Shown one piece after another: positions 10,957 to 21,099 of a DNA stretch of 64,000 nucleotides. The notes under the pieces are model-generated. The model was not told the DNA's origin. It worked only from the letters and a program-made list of their open reading frames with translations, and did no database searches. Position 1 is the first letter of the stretch; every line of letters begins with the position of its first letter. The translations under genes were made by a program, and so were the position numbers. The DNA comes from a virus (taxonomy: Duplodnaviria > Caudoviricetes): IMG/VR virus record IMGVR_UViG_3300037067_009128, positions 32,001 to 96,000 of that record. The stretch is one strand, 5' to 3'.

Positions 10957-11670
10957 TTATAATAATTTATAATTAAGTACTTGTCTATAATTCTTTACAT
11001 CGTTACAAAATTTTGCATATAACTCCTTCCAATTTGGTTTTTGAATATCAAATATCCAGTGTAATGTTTTTATATGTGGATCATTTAAATTAATTTTATT
11101 AACATCATGGTAAGATTTTTGAAATGTAGATATTATTGGTTTAATATTGCCATAAACTAACTTATCATAATTATAAGCATTATATTCTTTATCACAAGTA
11201 TGAATCCAATTAAATTCAAATGCATTTAAAGCATCTAATGCGTCTTGTGTATAAGTATTAAAAGCAGGAATAAAATGGTCTCTATTGAATTTATTGACTT
11301 TAGACATTATATTAAAACTATGCTCAATTCTATGTTCTATTTCATGTTGAGATAAATCTTCAAATTCACCTCCATTAGGCCAAGTATTGATTATATCATC
11401 CCATCCAAATGCATGATCAAATTTATGATTAAATCCATGCATAACAATTTGTCCAACTTTAACTATTGAATTAAATAACTCTATATCTAATTCGTCTATT
11501 AATAATGGACTTACTCCTAGTAAATAAGGAACTTGATTTGATTCAAATATACTTAAAACTTCTGTAATTCTTTCTCTACACCAATTATGATTATAACCAG
11601 GATACCCATAAGGATAATCATCAATTCTAATAACCTGTATTCCTTCACGAACAAAATTATTTACTTCCAT
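10957..11670 (-). CDS. Polysaccharide deacetylase-like (DUF2334/CE4)
   Basis: IRIDD, LGVSP, MHGFNH, FIPAFN. Confidence 0.8.
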   Translation of the reverse strand: MEVNNFVREGIQVIRIDDYPYGYPGYNHNWCRERITEVLSIFESNQVPYLLGVSPLLIDELDIELFNSIVKVGQIVMHGFNHKFDHAFGWDDIINTWPNGGEFEDLSQHEIEHRIEHSFNIMSKVNKFNRDHFIPAFNTYTQDALDALNAFEFNWIHTCDKEYNAYNYDKLVYGNIKPIISTFQKSYHDVNKINLNDPHIKTLHWIFDIQKPNWKELYAKFCNDVKNYRQVLNYKLL

Positions 11671-11678
11671 TTAATTCC

Positions 11679-12233
11679 TTATAAAAATTTAAAAAATTGC
11701 ATTATATGTAATAGTCCACCACGTTCGCCATTTATGTCATAAGATTGATATCTATCTTCTTCATATATAAGTTTAGATGAAAATTCTCCAAAATCTATAA
11801 TTTTAAGCTTTCTATCTGTCATGTTATATAATATATTACTTTCATTCAAATCACCATGAACTATATTTCTTGAAAGTAAATCAATAATCATCTTACTTAG
11901 TTCAGAAATTATCCATAATTTATCTATAAGAGACAATACATATCCACAACTTTCTAAAGAAATATAACTATCTGGTATTAATTCTGTAAATATTTCAATA
12001 TGGTTATAAAAATCAGAGGCTTCTAAGAATTTAGGTACATAATCAATACCTTTTAATTCTTTTAAAAAATCTATTTCTTTATAACCTCTTAAACGATCAT
12101 TATCTACTTTACAAAATGCTTGTCTTTTTTCAGATTTATAATATTTACGATCTTTATTTATAGTTGTTGTATTAGGTATAAACTCAATAAATAAAGGATC
12201 ATTTTTAACACTTATCATTGATTTTTTCTCCAT
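11679..12233 (-). CDS. Protein-kinase-fold (RIO/Kdo/WbdD-like) kinase
   Basis: AFCK, KE helix, HGDLNESN catalytic loop, DFG. Confidence 0.8.
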   Translation of the reverse strand: MEKKSMISVKNDPLFIEFIPNTTTINKDRKYYKSEKRQAFCKVDNDRLRGYKEIDFLKELKGIDYVPKFLEASDFYNHIEIFTELIPDSYISLESCGYVLSLIDKLWIISELSKMIIDLLSRNIVHGDLNESNILYNMTDRKLKIIDFGEFSSKLIYEEDRYQSYDINGERGGLLHIMQFFKFL

Positions 12234-12886
12234 AATCTTAATACATTGTGGTATACACCATTTAATTCATGTACATTAGGTCTATTATTAGCTATAATCT
12301 GAGTATAATCTTTTAAAATTTTAGAATTCCATTGTTCATAATGATCATGCATACTTATATAAGGTACTTCATATTCTGCAGCAAGACCTAATTCAAAATT
12401 CATACAATCACTTGAATGGTCTGAATCATGAAAAAACAAATCAACTTGGTCATCTTTATAGATTTCATCAAAAACATCATATAAAACATTAAAGGTATAA
12501 TCTTTGATAAGTGTCCATCTATCTTTTAAAACTTTAAAAACTCTTTCTCCAGGTTCACCTATTGTTAGTTTATGAGACCCATCTGTAGAATTTTTACCAG
12601 AATCTATTGTTATAAGTTTACCTTTATTATTACGAAACATTCCATATAAAATTGCTTGAGTAGAAGCTCCATTTTGACATCCAGTTTCAATTACTATTTT
12701 AGGTTTTATTAATCTTGTTAATACATATAAAGGAAGATTATAAAATGAAAAAGAATCTCCAGGTCTTAACTCTTTACAAAATAATACTCCTTTATCTATT
12801 TCTTCATTGATAATATCAGAAGCTCCCAATTTTATAACTTCTTCAATAAAATCAGGCTGTAAATAATCTTTTATAATATCTTCCAT
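12215..12886 (-). CDS. SAM-dependent methyltransferase (Methyltransf_24-like)
   Basis: VIETGCQNGAST, LITID, DLFFHDSDH. Confidence 0.85.
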   Translation of the reverse strand: MEDIIKDYLQPDFIEEVIKLGASDIINEEIDKGVLFCKELRPGDSFSFYNLPLYVLTRLIKPKIVIETGCQNGASTQAILYGMFRNNKGKLITIDSGKNSTDGSHKLTIGEPGERVFKVLKDRWTLIKDYTFNVLYDVFDEIYKDDQVDLFFHDSDHSSDCMNFELGLAAEYEVPYISMHDHYEQWNSKILKDYTQIIANNRPNVHELNGVYHNVLRLWRKNQ

Positions 12887-12993
12887 TATACCCTCTTTTT
12901 AATTAATACTATTAAAATAATAATAAAAAGTTAATGTAATTATGATACCGAATGCAATCAGTATAAGTCCTCTTAAAAACCAATTATCTTCCA

Positions 12994-15057
12994 TTATATC
13001 CTCTTTTTTGAATATTCTTCATTAGTAAAACAAATCCATAAAGGTCTTCCAATTCTATCTGGGGCATTTATTCCTGGATCAGTGTTTTCTAGACGTTCAA
13101 CTTTATAAAATACATCTTTAAGTAAAGATTCATAAAATACATCTTTTCCATTTCTAATATCATCTGAATGTCCTTCAACTATTACAACACCATCCGTTAT
13201 TTCATTAATTTCTTTTAATATTAATTTTTGATTATTAAAATTTTCAATAATTGACAATAATAATACTACATTAAATCTAACATTATGAAAAACTTCTTTT
13301 GTCGATATATGATTAATATCTACATTCATAAAATTATATCTTAATTGAGGATATAATTCTTTTGACAATTCAATATAATCTTTATCAGAATCTATTCCGT
13401 AAACATTTTTGAATCCTAAAATATATTGATTAACAAAACAACCAAGATTACTTCCTATATCAATTAAGATATTATTAGGGATATTATAAGTATTGATTAC
13501 ATTATTAATTAAATTAATTCTACTTTGTGAATCTCTTAACCCTTCAAATACTATCCCTTCTATTTTAATTGTTTGATAAGGCATATAAAACTTCTTATTT
13601 TTGTATTCAAAAGTTTTGTTATCTACCCATCTTCCTTGTAATTTAGAAAGTATGTTTATTATCTTATTATCTATCATAACTAAAGCATCCTTTAATGGTT
13701 GAATAAAATTCTTTTCTCTATTGTTATTTTCATCAAAAATATCACCTACAAACTCAAAGTCTCTCCTTTCTGTAGGAAAGGGTTTTGGATTAGAGTTGTA
13801 AAAATCAAAATCACTATGTTCAATAGTTTCATCTTTAATAGATGCATATAAATTAGAAAGTAAATCCTGGTCAGCTTGTTTATAATCTTCCTTCTTTGCA
13901 TTTATAAAAAATTTTATATATTTATACAAAGCTCCATTTTTAACTCCCCACATCCCGGCCATTATCAAAGCCGTATGCCAAGGGTGGTCTCTCATTATAT
14001 GGAAATCTTTATCAGATTTTAACCATTCATCAACAGCAGCTTTTTCTCTTAAAGAAAGTCTTGAATCTGTGTCTCTAAAAATAACAATTTCTGCTTCATG
14101 TTTAAATGCAGCATTAAATCTCCATATTGTTGATGACCAATTTCCTAATTCTTCCATTTCAATAACATCAACATTATCAAAAGATTTTAACTCATCAATT
14201 ACATGTTTATAAATTTCTCCAACATAAAATAAACATCTCCAATCGGGGTATATCTCTTTAGCTAATTTAGCATTTTCGATAGCACCTTGTGTGTATTTTT
14301 TATCTATTCCCCACAAAGAGAAACTTATTACTTTTTCTTTGTATGCTATATAGTTAAGATTTAAATATTTATTATATTGTAAATAATCAATAATTCGTTT
14401 TTTTAGAAAAAAGAGAGCACCTGTTGGATTTAATGCCCAATCACCATTTTCATGAAGATTGCAATGCATTCCTCCATAACCGTAATGATCAACATAACTA
14501 GTTCTACTAATAATAACTTTATTATTATATAATTCTCCTACTCGCCAATCAAATCCCCCGTGTTTAGCTATTAACTTTCCACCATGTGTATTTGAGTCAT
14601 CAAGCACTCTTTTTACCATTTCTCTGTCAAGAAATATAGAAATTCCGGGAAGATACTCTCTTATAACTTCAAATTGTTCAGTATCATCAACTGTGAAATG
14701 AGTATGACAATTACTGTTATATAAACTTATTGGAACGTTCCACTTATCATGTAATAAGATTGCCATGTCTTCCCAGTTTGTATCATGGAAAGCATCATTA
14801 TCAGTTAAATAAAGAAACTCATATTCTGAATTATAAAAATCTTTAAAATGTTGTAATCTTTGTTCTTCAATTCCTTTATTTTTACTAATACTTACATGAT
14901 CAGAAAATTGTTTTAACCAAGTTTCATCATATTCAGTAGATCCATCATCATAAATAAAGATATCACTTTCATTTGATACTTGTTTTAATTGATTCAAACA
15001 AAGTTCTGTAATTTTCTTTCTATTGTAAGTTGTTACTGCAATATAAATCTTTTTCAA
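12994..15057 (-). CDS. Three-domain fusion: GT2 glycosyltransferase + second GT-A-like domain + methyltransferase
   Basis: TTYNR/YDDGS/TDND; KVISFSLWG...FRDTDSR...MRDHPWH...DQD; LIDIGSNLG. Confidence 0.8.
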   Translation of the reverse strand: MKKIYIAVTTYNRKKITELCLNQLKQVSNESDIFIYDDGSTEYDETWLKQFSDHVSISKNKGIEEQRLQHFKDFYNSEYEFLYLTDNDAFHDTNWEDMAILLHDKWNVPISLYNSNCHTHFTVDDTEQFEVIREYLPGISIFLDREMVKRVLDDSNTHGGKLIAKHGGFDWRVGELYNNKVIISRTSYVDHYGYGGMHCNLHENGDWALNPTGALFFLKKRIIDYLQYNKYLNLNYIAYKEKVISFSLWGIDKKYTQGAIENAKLAKEIYPDWRCLFYVGEIYKHVIDELKSFDNVDVIEMEELGNWSSTIWRFNAAFKHEAEIVIFRDTDSRLSLREKAAVDEWLKSDKDFHIMRDHPWHTALIMAGMWGVKNGALYKYIKFFINAKKEDYKQADQDLLSNLYASIKDETIEHSDFDFYNSNPKPFPTERRDFEFVGDIFDENNNREKNFIQPLKDALVMIDNKIINILSKLQGRWVDNKTFEYKNKKFYMPYQTIKIEGIVFEGLRDSQSRINLINNVINTYNIPNNILIDIGSNLGCFVNQYILGFKNVYGIDSDKDYIELSKELYPQLRYNFMNVDINHISTKEVFHNVRFNVVLLLSIIENFNNQKLILKEINEITDGVVIVEGHSDDIRNGKDVFYESLLKDVFYKVERLENTDPGINAPDRIGRPLWICFTNEEYSKKRI

Positions 15058-15240
15058 TTATTTTCCTTTTCTTTTTATTTTAGTAGCTCTTATACCTTTA
15101 TTTTTTGCTTTATCCCATAATGGTTTAAATGTTTTATTTGATAAATGAATAAGTCCAGACTCTCTTCCTTCTTGAATTAGCATTACATTAGTTAATTCTT
15201 TTATAATAGATTTCAATTCTGATTTCTTCATTTTTTATCC

Positions 15241-15672
15241 TTATATTTGAATCATGGGAACTTGGACTTCCATCATAAGCTTATCTCTTGCTTCATCTTT
15301 TATATATTTATTCAAATAAAATATTTTCTTAACATTAAATGTTATTAAAAGTTTATAACAATTAATACATGGTGGATGAGTTATATAACAAGTTAAAGAA
15401 TCATATTTTCTTTGAAGATTAGAAACAGCTGCAACTTCACCATGAGCACATCTTATACAATGATTATCATGCATTAAACAACCAACATCATCACAATGTT
15501 GAGTTTTTGAGGCAGATGAATTATAACCTATAGCTGCTATTCGATTTTTATCATCAACAAGAACACAACCTACTTTTAATCTAATACAAGTTGCACGTTG
15601 TGAAGCTAATGTTGCTATTCCCATAAATAATTCTTCTCTAGAAATACGTTTATTAACTTTCTTTTTAGGCAT
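15241..15672 (-). CDS. dCMP deaminase
   Basis: RATCIRLKVGC, GYN, HGE, PCINC. Confidence 0.9.
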   Translation of the reverse strand: MPKKKVNKRISREELFMGIATLASQRATCIRLKVGCVLVDDKNRIAAIGYNSSASKTQHCDDVGCLMHDNHCIRCAHGEVAAVSNLQRKYDSLTCYITHPPCINCYKLLITFNVKKIFYLNKYIKDEARDKLMMEVQVPMIQI

Positions 15673-17042
15673 TATATCTCCAATAATTTATTAAAAACTT
15701 CTTCAGGTAATTTTACTTTTTTGTAATAATTATTCATTTTAAAATTTAAATACTCAGAATTACTGTATACATCTTCAATTAAATCTAAATCATTTTCATT
15801 TAATTTATTCTTAAAATCAGGAAAAACTTCACAAAATAAAGCAAGTTGAGTTTCTCTTGAAAATGCAACAAATTTCTTACTTACATTTTTATTTTTTACC
15901 TTTTTATATAATGTGTCAATATTGATTTTAAAATGATTCAATAGGTTTTTATCTAAACAATCAGGTGATTCAGATTGTTTGATTATTTCAATAATTTCTT
16001 CTCTTGTATAAATCTCTTTGATAACAGTGAATCCATCATAATTCTCTAAGTCATTCAAATCACCATCTTTTTTTAAATAAGAATCTGGGTCTTCTCCGTC
16101 AGGTAATAATAATACTTCAAATGGTAATCCTATTTTAATAAATTCTTTTGCATTTCTTTTTATAGCAATTAAGCCTGCATTATCACCATCATACATCATT
16201 AACCATAATGGTGCTAAACTTTTAAGTTTCAATACTTGTTCTTGTTTTAAACTCAATCCAATAGACCCTACAGAATTTTTAAAATCATAACAATGCATAG
16301 TTATTATGTCAAATTGACCTTCAATTAAAAATCCATATCCTTTTTCTTTTATTGACTTTGAAGCTTTATTTAATCCAAAAAGATATCTACTTTTAGAAAA
16401 ATAGAAATTGTCTTGAGTATTAACATATTTAGGATTAAACTCTTTATAAATAGTTCTACCGCTAAAACCTATAGTCCCGATAAGATCATTAAGGGGAATT
16501 GTTACTCTATCAAACAATGAACTCATATAAGTTTCAACAGGAGTATTTTTATTCATTATTTGAAGTAATCCAAGTTCAACTAATTCATTTTTATAATGTT
16601 GAAACTCTTTATATAAATCAAATGAACCACCAGAATAACCTAATTCCCAAAAATCAACTATTTCTTTATTATAACCTCTTTGATTAAATAAATAATCTGA
16701 TGATTCATCTACTCTTGATACAAAATACTCTTTGATATTTTGAAGGATGTTTAAATATGTTTCACCTTCAAGATGAATACCTAATTTTTTAGCAAGATAT
16801 CTAACTGCTTCATCCTTTGTAAGATTATGCATTTTTGCTATAAAATCAAATACATCTCCTTTAAAATCACAACCAAAGCATTTAAAATATTGTTCTTTTG
16901 TATTCACTAAAAAAGAAGGATCTTTGTCAATATGTACGGGACAAACACCTTTGAGATTATCATCATTCTTAAAAGATAAATTAACATATTCAGATATTAT
17001 ATCTTCTATCTTAATTTGATTTTTAATTTCTAATAGATTCAT
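15672..17042 (-). CDS. dnaG: DNA primase
   Basis: CPVH...CFGC zinc finger, FSGR, PKYVN, EGQFD, YDGDNAG TOPRIM, DPD. Confidence 0.95.
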   Translation of the reverse strand: MNLLEIKNQIKIEDIISEYVNLSFKNDDNLKGVCPVHIDKDPSFLVNTKEQYFKCFGCDFKGDVFDFIAKMHNLTKDEAVRYLAKKLGIHLEGETYLNILQNIKEYFVSRVDESSDYLFNQRGYNKEIVDFWELGYSGGSFDLYKEFQHYKNELVELGLLQIMNKNTPVETYMSSLFDRVTIPLNDLIGTIGFSGRTIYKEFNPKYVNTQDNFYFSKSRYLFGLNKASKSIKEKGYGFLIEGQFDIITMHCYDFKNSVGSIGLSLKQEQVLKLKSLAPLWLMMYDGDNAGLIAIKRNAKEFIKIGLPFEVLLLPDGEDPDSYLKKDGDLNDLENYDGFTVIKEIYTREEIIEIIKQSESPDCLDKNLLNHFKINIDTLYKKVKNKNVSKKFVAFSRETQLALFCEVFPDFKNKLNENDLDLIEDVYSNSEYLNFKMNNYYKKVKLPEEVFNKLLEI

Positions 17043-17397
17043 ATTTATGAAAGTTCACCTTTAATAGCTTCTTGTAATTCTTCATTATCTCTTACTGCAG
17101 TAAACAATTCAGAAATCGTTATAAAACTTCCAATTTCTTTAAACCATTTTTCATTTATGAAGATATCTACTGTATATAAATCACACTTTGCTATATCATG
17201 ATAATATGGTTTAATTTTTAATGTTATTTCCATTTTTTATACTTATTTTAATTTTTTAATATTACAAATATAAATCTTCATTTAATAAATATGGATAAAA
17301 GAAACTAACCATTTTATAAATTCATACCCAAGTATAGAAATAATTGCTATTACAATTATAATTATGATTAAGTCGATGAGTTTAAATTCCGGAAACA

Positions 17398-17808
17398 TTA
17401 TTTCTCCTTATTTTTAGATTTACAATGTATACCATCATCAGTAGGCCCAAAATGAGCATTTGAGTGATTTGATACTTCAAATTCTATCATACAAAGATTT
17501 GCAACATCTACCAAATATTCTAAATTTCCTGTTTTTTGAAAATTTTCAAGTCTTTCAATACATGAACCTATTCTATCCCATTTCATTCCTTGATTTATAC
17601 GCCAATCATTATATCTTAATGTTCCCATAATCACACGATTAGTCATTAACTCAATAAATCTTTTACTCATTAGAGTTTCTTTTAAAACTGGAGCATCAGG
17701 CATAAACTCTCTTTTCTCTTCTTCTTGTTCACATTTCCATAACCATAAATTATGTAAAAAGAATGCCTCATTACCCAAAGGTTTCTTTAAGCAATTTTTA
17801 TTTTCCAT
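17398..17808 (-). CDS. All-alpha dNTP pyrophosphatase-like (MazG-related) protein
   Basis: G.LRY.DW and EYLVDVANLCMI helix; nucleotide-metabolism context. Confidence 0.45.
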   Translation of the reverse strand: MENKNCLKKPLGNEAFFLHNLWLWKCEQEEEKREFMPDAPVLKETLMSKRFIELMTNRVIMGTLRYNDWRINQGMKWDRIGSCIERLENFQKTGNLEYLVDVANLCMIEFEVSNHSNAHFGPTDDGIHCKSKNKEK

Positions 17809-17820
17809 TTTTACTCCGAT

Positions 17821-18822
17821 TTATTCAGAAAGTAATTGATGTTTGTCTACTGATTGTAAGTATTCTTTGGCTTGTTTTAATATATATTCTCCTACTTGAG
17901 GAACAATACTTTTACCTATTTGATCTGCTACTCCATTTTCACTCCCAAAGAATTGAAAATCAAGTGGATACCCCATTAAGCAAGCATTTTCTCTATTAGT
18001 AAGAGTTCTATTTTCTGTTGGATGAATATATCTTGTAGAACTTCCCATTATTACTGGAGCAGGTTTATCAAGTGCAAGTCTTCTTTGTTGAGAACCGGAA
18101 TACATTGATTCTCCAGTTCTTAATCTTGACATCTTTTCAATTTGTTCATCAGAATGTTTTGGGAATTTATCATTATATAAAACACAACCTTCACTCCTAA
18201 CTTTTTCTAACATTTCAAATGCAGATCTGATAGTTAATTGACCTCGTTTGTCTTCTAAAGGTGGTTTTAAAAAGAATCTGAATGGGTATAAACTACCAAT
18301 AACAAATAATCTATCTCGTACTTGAGCAATTCCAACTTCAGTAGGGTTAATTCTGTGTTCTTCAATATAATAATCAGGAAGTTCAATTTCTTTCTTACTT
18401 ATCATATGTTTTAAAACTGTTCCACCTGCAGTGGCTTCAAATCTTAAATAATTTCTGACACTTGGTAAGTTTTCTAATATAAATATTATAGGTTTTCTAT
18501 CTATAATTTCTTGTACAAATTGAACATATTCAAATTCATCAAAGTCTTTAGTTTGAACATTAACAACATTTTTACTACTTCTACCTGCAGAACTAATTTC
18601 ACCACAAGATGGACTTCCCCAAACAATATCAGCTTTCATATTGTAGAACGCTTTCAATTGTTGAGACCACATAGTATCTGGGAAATTAAAACGATGTGTC
18701 TTAATATTAAAGTATTTTCTAGGTTCAATTGCCCATAAAGTTTTTAAACCTACATTTCTTGCTGCTAATAAAGAGGCTCCCGCTCCGCCAAAAATTACTC
18801 CAAATGTTATGATCTTTTCCAT
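17821..18822 (-). CDS. C5 DNA cytosine methyltransferase-like protein 1 (atypical)
   Basis: FGGAG, GSPSCG, ENL, QVRDRLF, RTLTNRENACLMGYP, QIGKSIVP. Confidence 0.85.
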   Translation of the reverse strand: MEKIITFGVIFGGAGASLLAARNVGLKTLWAIEPRKYFNIKTHRFNFPDTMWSQQLKAFYNMKADIVWGSPSCGEISSAGRSSKNVVNVQTKDFDEFEYVQFVQEIIDRKPIIFILENLPSVRNYLRFEATAGGTVLKHMISKKEIELPDYYIEEHRINPTEVGIAQVRDRLFVIGSLYPFRFFLKPPLEDKRGQLTIRSAFEMLEKVRSEGCVLYNDKFPKHSDEQIEKMSRLRTGESMYSGSQQRRLALDKPAPVIMGSSTRYIHPTENRTLTNRENACLMGYPLDFQFFGSENGVADQIGKSIVPQVGEYILKQAKEYLQSVDKHQLLSE

Positions 18823-19136
18823 TATTTATAATCGTATTCTAATGAGTTGTGTAAAAAGTTAATTTCAGGAATAGATAATTCATAATTAATATTTGAACTG
18901 ATATAAAATTCTATGACTTCAAGAAATGCAATCGATTGTTCTATCAATAAAATTTCTTCTTTGATTTTATTTCTTACTTCTTCTTTTAATTCTTTACTTA
19001 AATTTCCTTTTTCAGTATCAATTATAAGATTTTCCTTTCTATCAATACTTGCTTTTAATTTTCCTATTTTTGAAGTTGAAAGAGATTGAATTTGACTACC
19101 AGAAATATTGATTTTTAATGATTCAAACATAAACAC
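18822..19136 (-). CDS. Hypothetical protein between the two MTase-like genes
   Basis: ORF track. Confidence 0.6.
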   Translation of the reverse strand: MFMFESLKINISGSQIQSLSTSKIGKLKASIDRKENLIIDTEKGNLSKELKEEVRNKIKEEILLIEQSIAFLEVIEFYISSNINYELSIPEINFLHNSLEYDYK

Positions 19137-20089
19137 CTCATTATTTGTTTTCCTAATTCTTCAGCAACTGGAGGAGAAATACTTTTGCCTATTAAATCTA
19201 AAGAATCATTTTCTTTTCCTATAAATTCAAAATCTAAAGGAAATCCTTGAAAAGTTGCACATTCTCTTACATTTAAGACTCTTGGTTCAAATGGATGTAC
19301 ATATCTTGTACAATGAGAAGTAATTGTAGGGCATACTTTTTGAGGGTTTAATTTCCTATTATTCTGACCACCATAAAACGATTCACCATATTTTAAATTT
19401 TTGAAACCTTCCATTCTTTCTTTTGAATGGTGTGGATTTTCATCATTATATAATGGAGGTTTAAAATTTAAATCTCTTATTTCTCTTTCATTATCCAAAG
19501 TTTCTAATACTTCATTTACACTTTTAACATGGTAGTTAATAGGCATCTTAAAAGTAAAATTATATTTCTTCTTATATAAAATTACGTAAATCCTGTTTCT
19601 TTGTTGTGGAACTCCAAAAAAATAACTATTGAGATTTAAAAATTCAGAATTGTATTCTCCATATTCAATAAATGCTTCAGTAGGTAAATGGATTACTCTA
19701 TCTTTTTGAAACGAAAAGAATTTTTCTATTTTTGTTAGATATTCAATAATTATAAACTCAGCATTTCTTGATAATAATTTTCTTAAAGATTTAATAAAAT
19801 CAAAATCATCAATTGTAAAGGTTTTCAATTCACTACGATCTTCTCGTTTCATTCCTAATGATGATAGCTGTGCACAAGACGGAGAAGAAATCAAAACATC
19901 AATTTTCATATTATCAAATTCATCAAAATCATCTGAGATATTTATGTTAGGAAAATGGTATTCCCAAGTTTTAATATTTTTATAGAAAAAATCTCTATCA
20001 TCTAATATAAATGAAGGTTCAAATCCAGCTTGTTTCAATCCAAGAATATTACCTATACCAGAAGAAATTCCACCACAAGTTTTATTCAT
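19115..20089 (-). CDS. C5 DNA cytosine methyltransferase-like protein 2 (atypical)
   Basis: SSGIG, SSPSCAQ, EYL in place of ENV, QQRNRIY, LNVRECATFQGFP, IGKSISP. Confidence 0.85.
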   Translation of the reverse strand: MNKTCGGISSGIGNILGLKQAGFEPSFILDDRDFFYKNIKTWEYHFPNINISDDFDEFDNMKIDVLISSPSCAQLSSLGMKREDRSELKTFTIDDFDFIKSLRKLLSRNAEFIIIEYLTKIEKFFSFQKDRVIHLPTEAFIEYGEYNSEFLNLNSYFFGVPQQRNRIYVILYKKKYNFTFKMPINYHVKSVNEVLETLDNEREIRDLNFKPPLYNDENPHHSKERMEGFKNLKYGESFYGGQNNRKLNPQKVCPTITSHCTRYVHPFEPRVLNVRECATFQGFPLDFEFIGKENDSLDLIGKSISPPVAEELGKQIMRCLCLNH

Positions 20090-20661
20090 TTAATTCCTCT
20101 CATACATTCAGTTTTATCAATTTTAGCTTGAGTTAAAACCTTTTTAACATAATCTTGTGTTAAAACAGTTTTAGTATCTATTTTAATTATAGGTGCTTCA
20201 TTCATAATTAAATAATCAACTGTTTTCATATAAATCTTTTGAATTTCTAATATTTCTTCAAATGTAAATAATCTTTCACCTCTAGTTTCAAATCTTGATT
20301 TTAAAACATTTTCATCTGAACAATAAGTAATAAAAACTTGAACATCTTTATTTAATTCTTTATTGAAAAGGTATTTATAAACATAATCAATATCTGTATC
20401 TCTATTAAAGAATTTAGAATAAACCAAAGATGAAATTAATCCTCTATCTAGTACAAAATCATATTGTTTAGCTAAAGGAAATATTGAATCAAAGAAAAAT
20501 CTTGTGATCACTTCAATTTGATTCTCATTTAATTTCTCACGTTTATCTAATTTTAAGATATCTAATCTTTTTTTAATAACAGGGATACATTTAATATCAG
20601 AAATCATTTTTGCTAAAGTTGATTTCCCCGATAAATCAACTCCGTCTACTATTATTAACAT
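20086..20661 (-). CDS. dNMP kinase (thymidylate-kinase-like)
   Basis: DGVDLSGKST P-loop, VLDRGLISSLVY, RGE lid. Confidence 0.85.
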   Translation of the reverse strand: MLIIVDGVDLSGKSTLAKMISDIKCIPVIKKRLDILKLDKREKLNENQIEVITRFFFDSIFPLAKQYDFVLDRGLISSLVYSKFFNRDTDIDYVYKYLFNKELNKDVQVFITYCSDENVLKSRFETRGERLFTFEEILEIQKIYMKTVDYLIMNEAPIIKIDTKTVLTQDYVKKVLTQAKIDKTECMRGIK

Positions 20662-21052
20662 TCTTTTTTTCTCCTACTTCTGTTGAAAAATCTTTAATAA
20701 AAATAATTGAATCATTTGTAATTTTAAACCAATCTTTCAAATCTGGGTATTCATCATCCATTATTGATTTAATTATTTTTAACATATTACTTCTACCAAT
20801 TTGATTATGTCCTTGAAAATGGTCATAAACACATATACATCCATTAGGATTCCTTATAGCCATTTCAATAAATGTTATAGCTAATAATTTGGATCTTCCT
20901 TCTCCTATATGTTCAGTAGGATCTAATAACCATCTTATTGATTGTATATGTTGTTTTTGAGTTAATGTTAATTTATCCGGGTCTTTATCAATAGATAATA
21001 TCTCATTAATATCATTTAATTTTCGAACTAATGTATTTGAATTTATAGACAT
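20636..21052 (-). CDS. Hypothetical protein with P-loop-like GEGRS
   Basis: ORF track; degenerate Walker A-like segment. Confidence 0.5.
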   Translation of the reverse strand: MSINSNTLVRKLNDINEILSIDKDPDKLTLTQKQHIQSIRWLLDPTEHIGEGRSKLLAITFIEMAIRNPNGCICVYDHFQGHNQIGRSNMLKIIKSIMDDEYPDLKDWFKITNDSIIFIKDFSTEVGEKKNVNNSRRS

Positions 21053-21099
21053 AAAATACTCCTTTTATTTTAAAAACATTATATTAAATATAATACTAC

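Noticed and set aside
17821-20089. Restriction-modification system or TET-dependent pathway
   Set aside because: No recognisable endonuclease or TET/JBP dioxygenase in this window.
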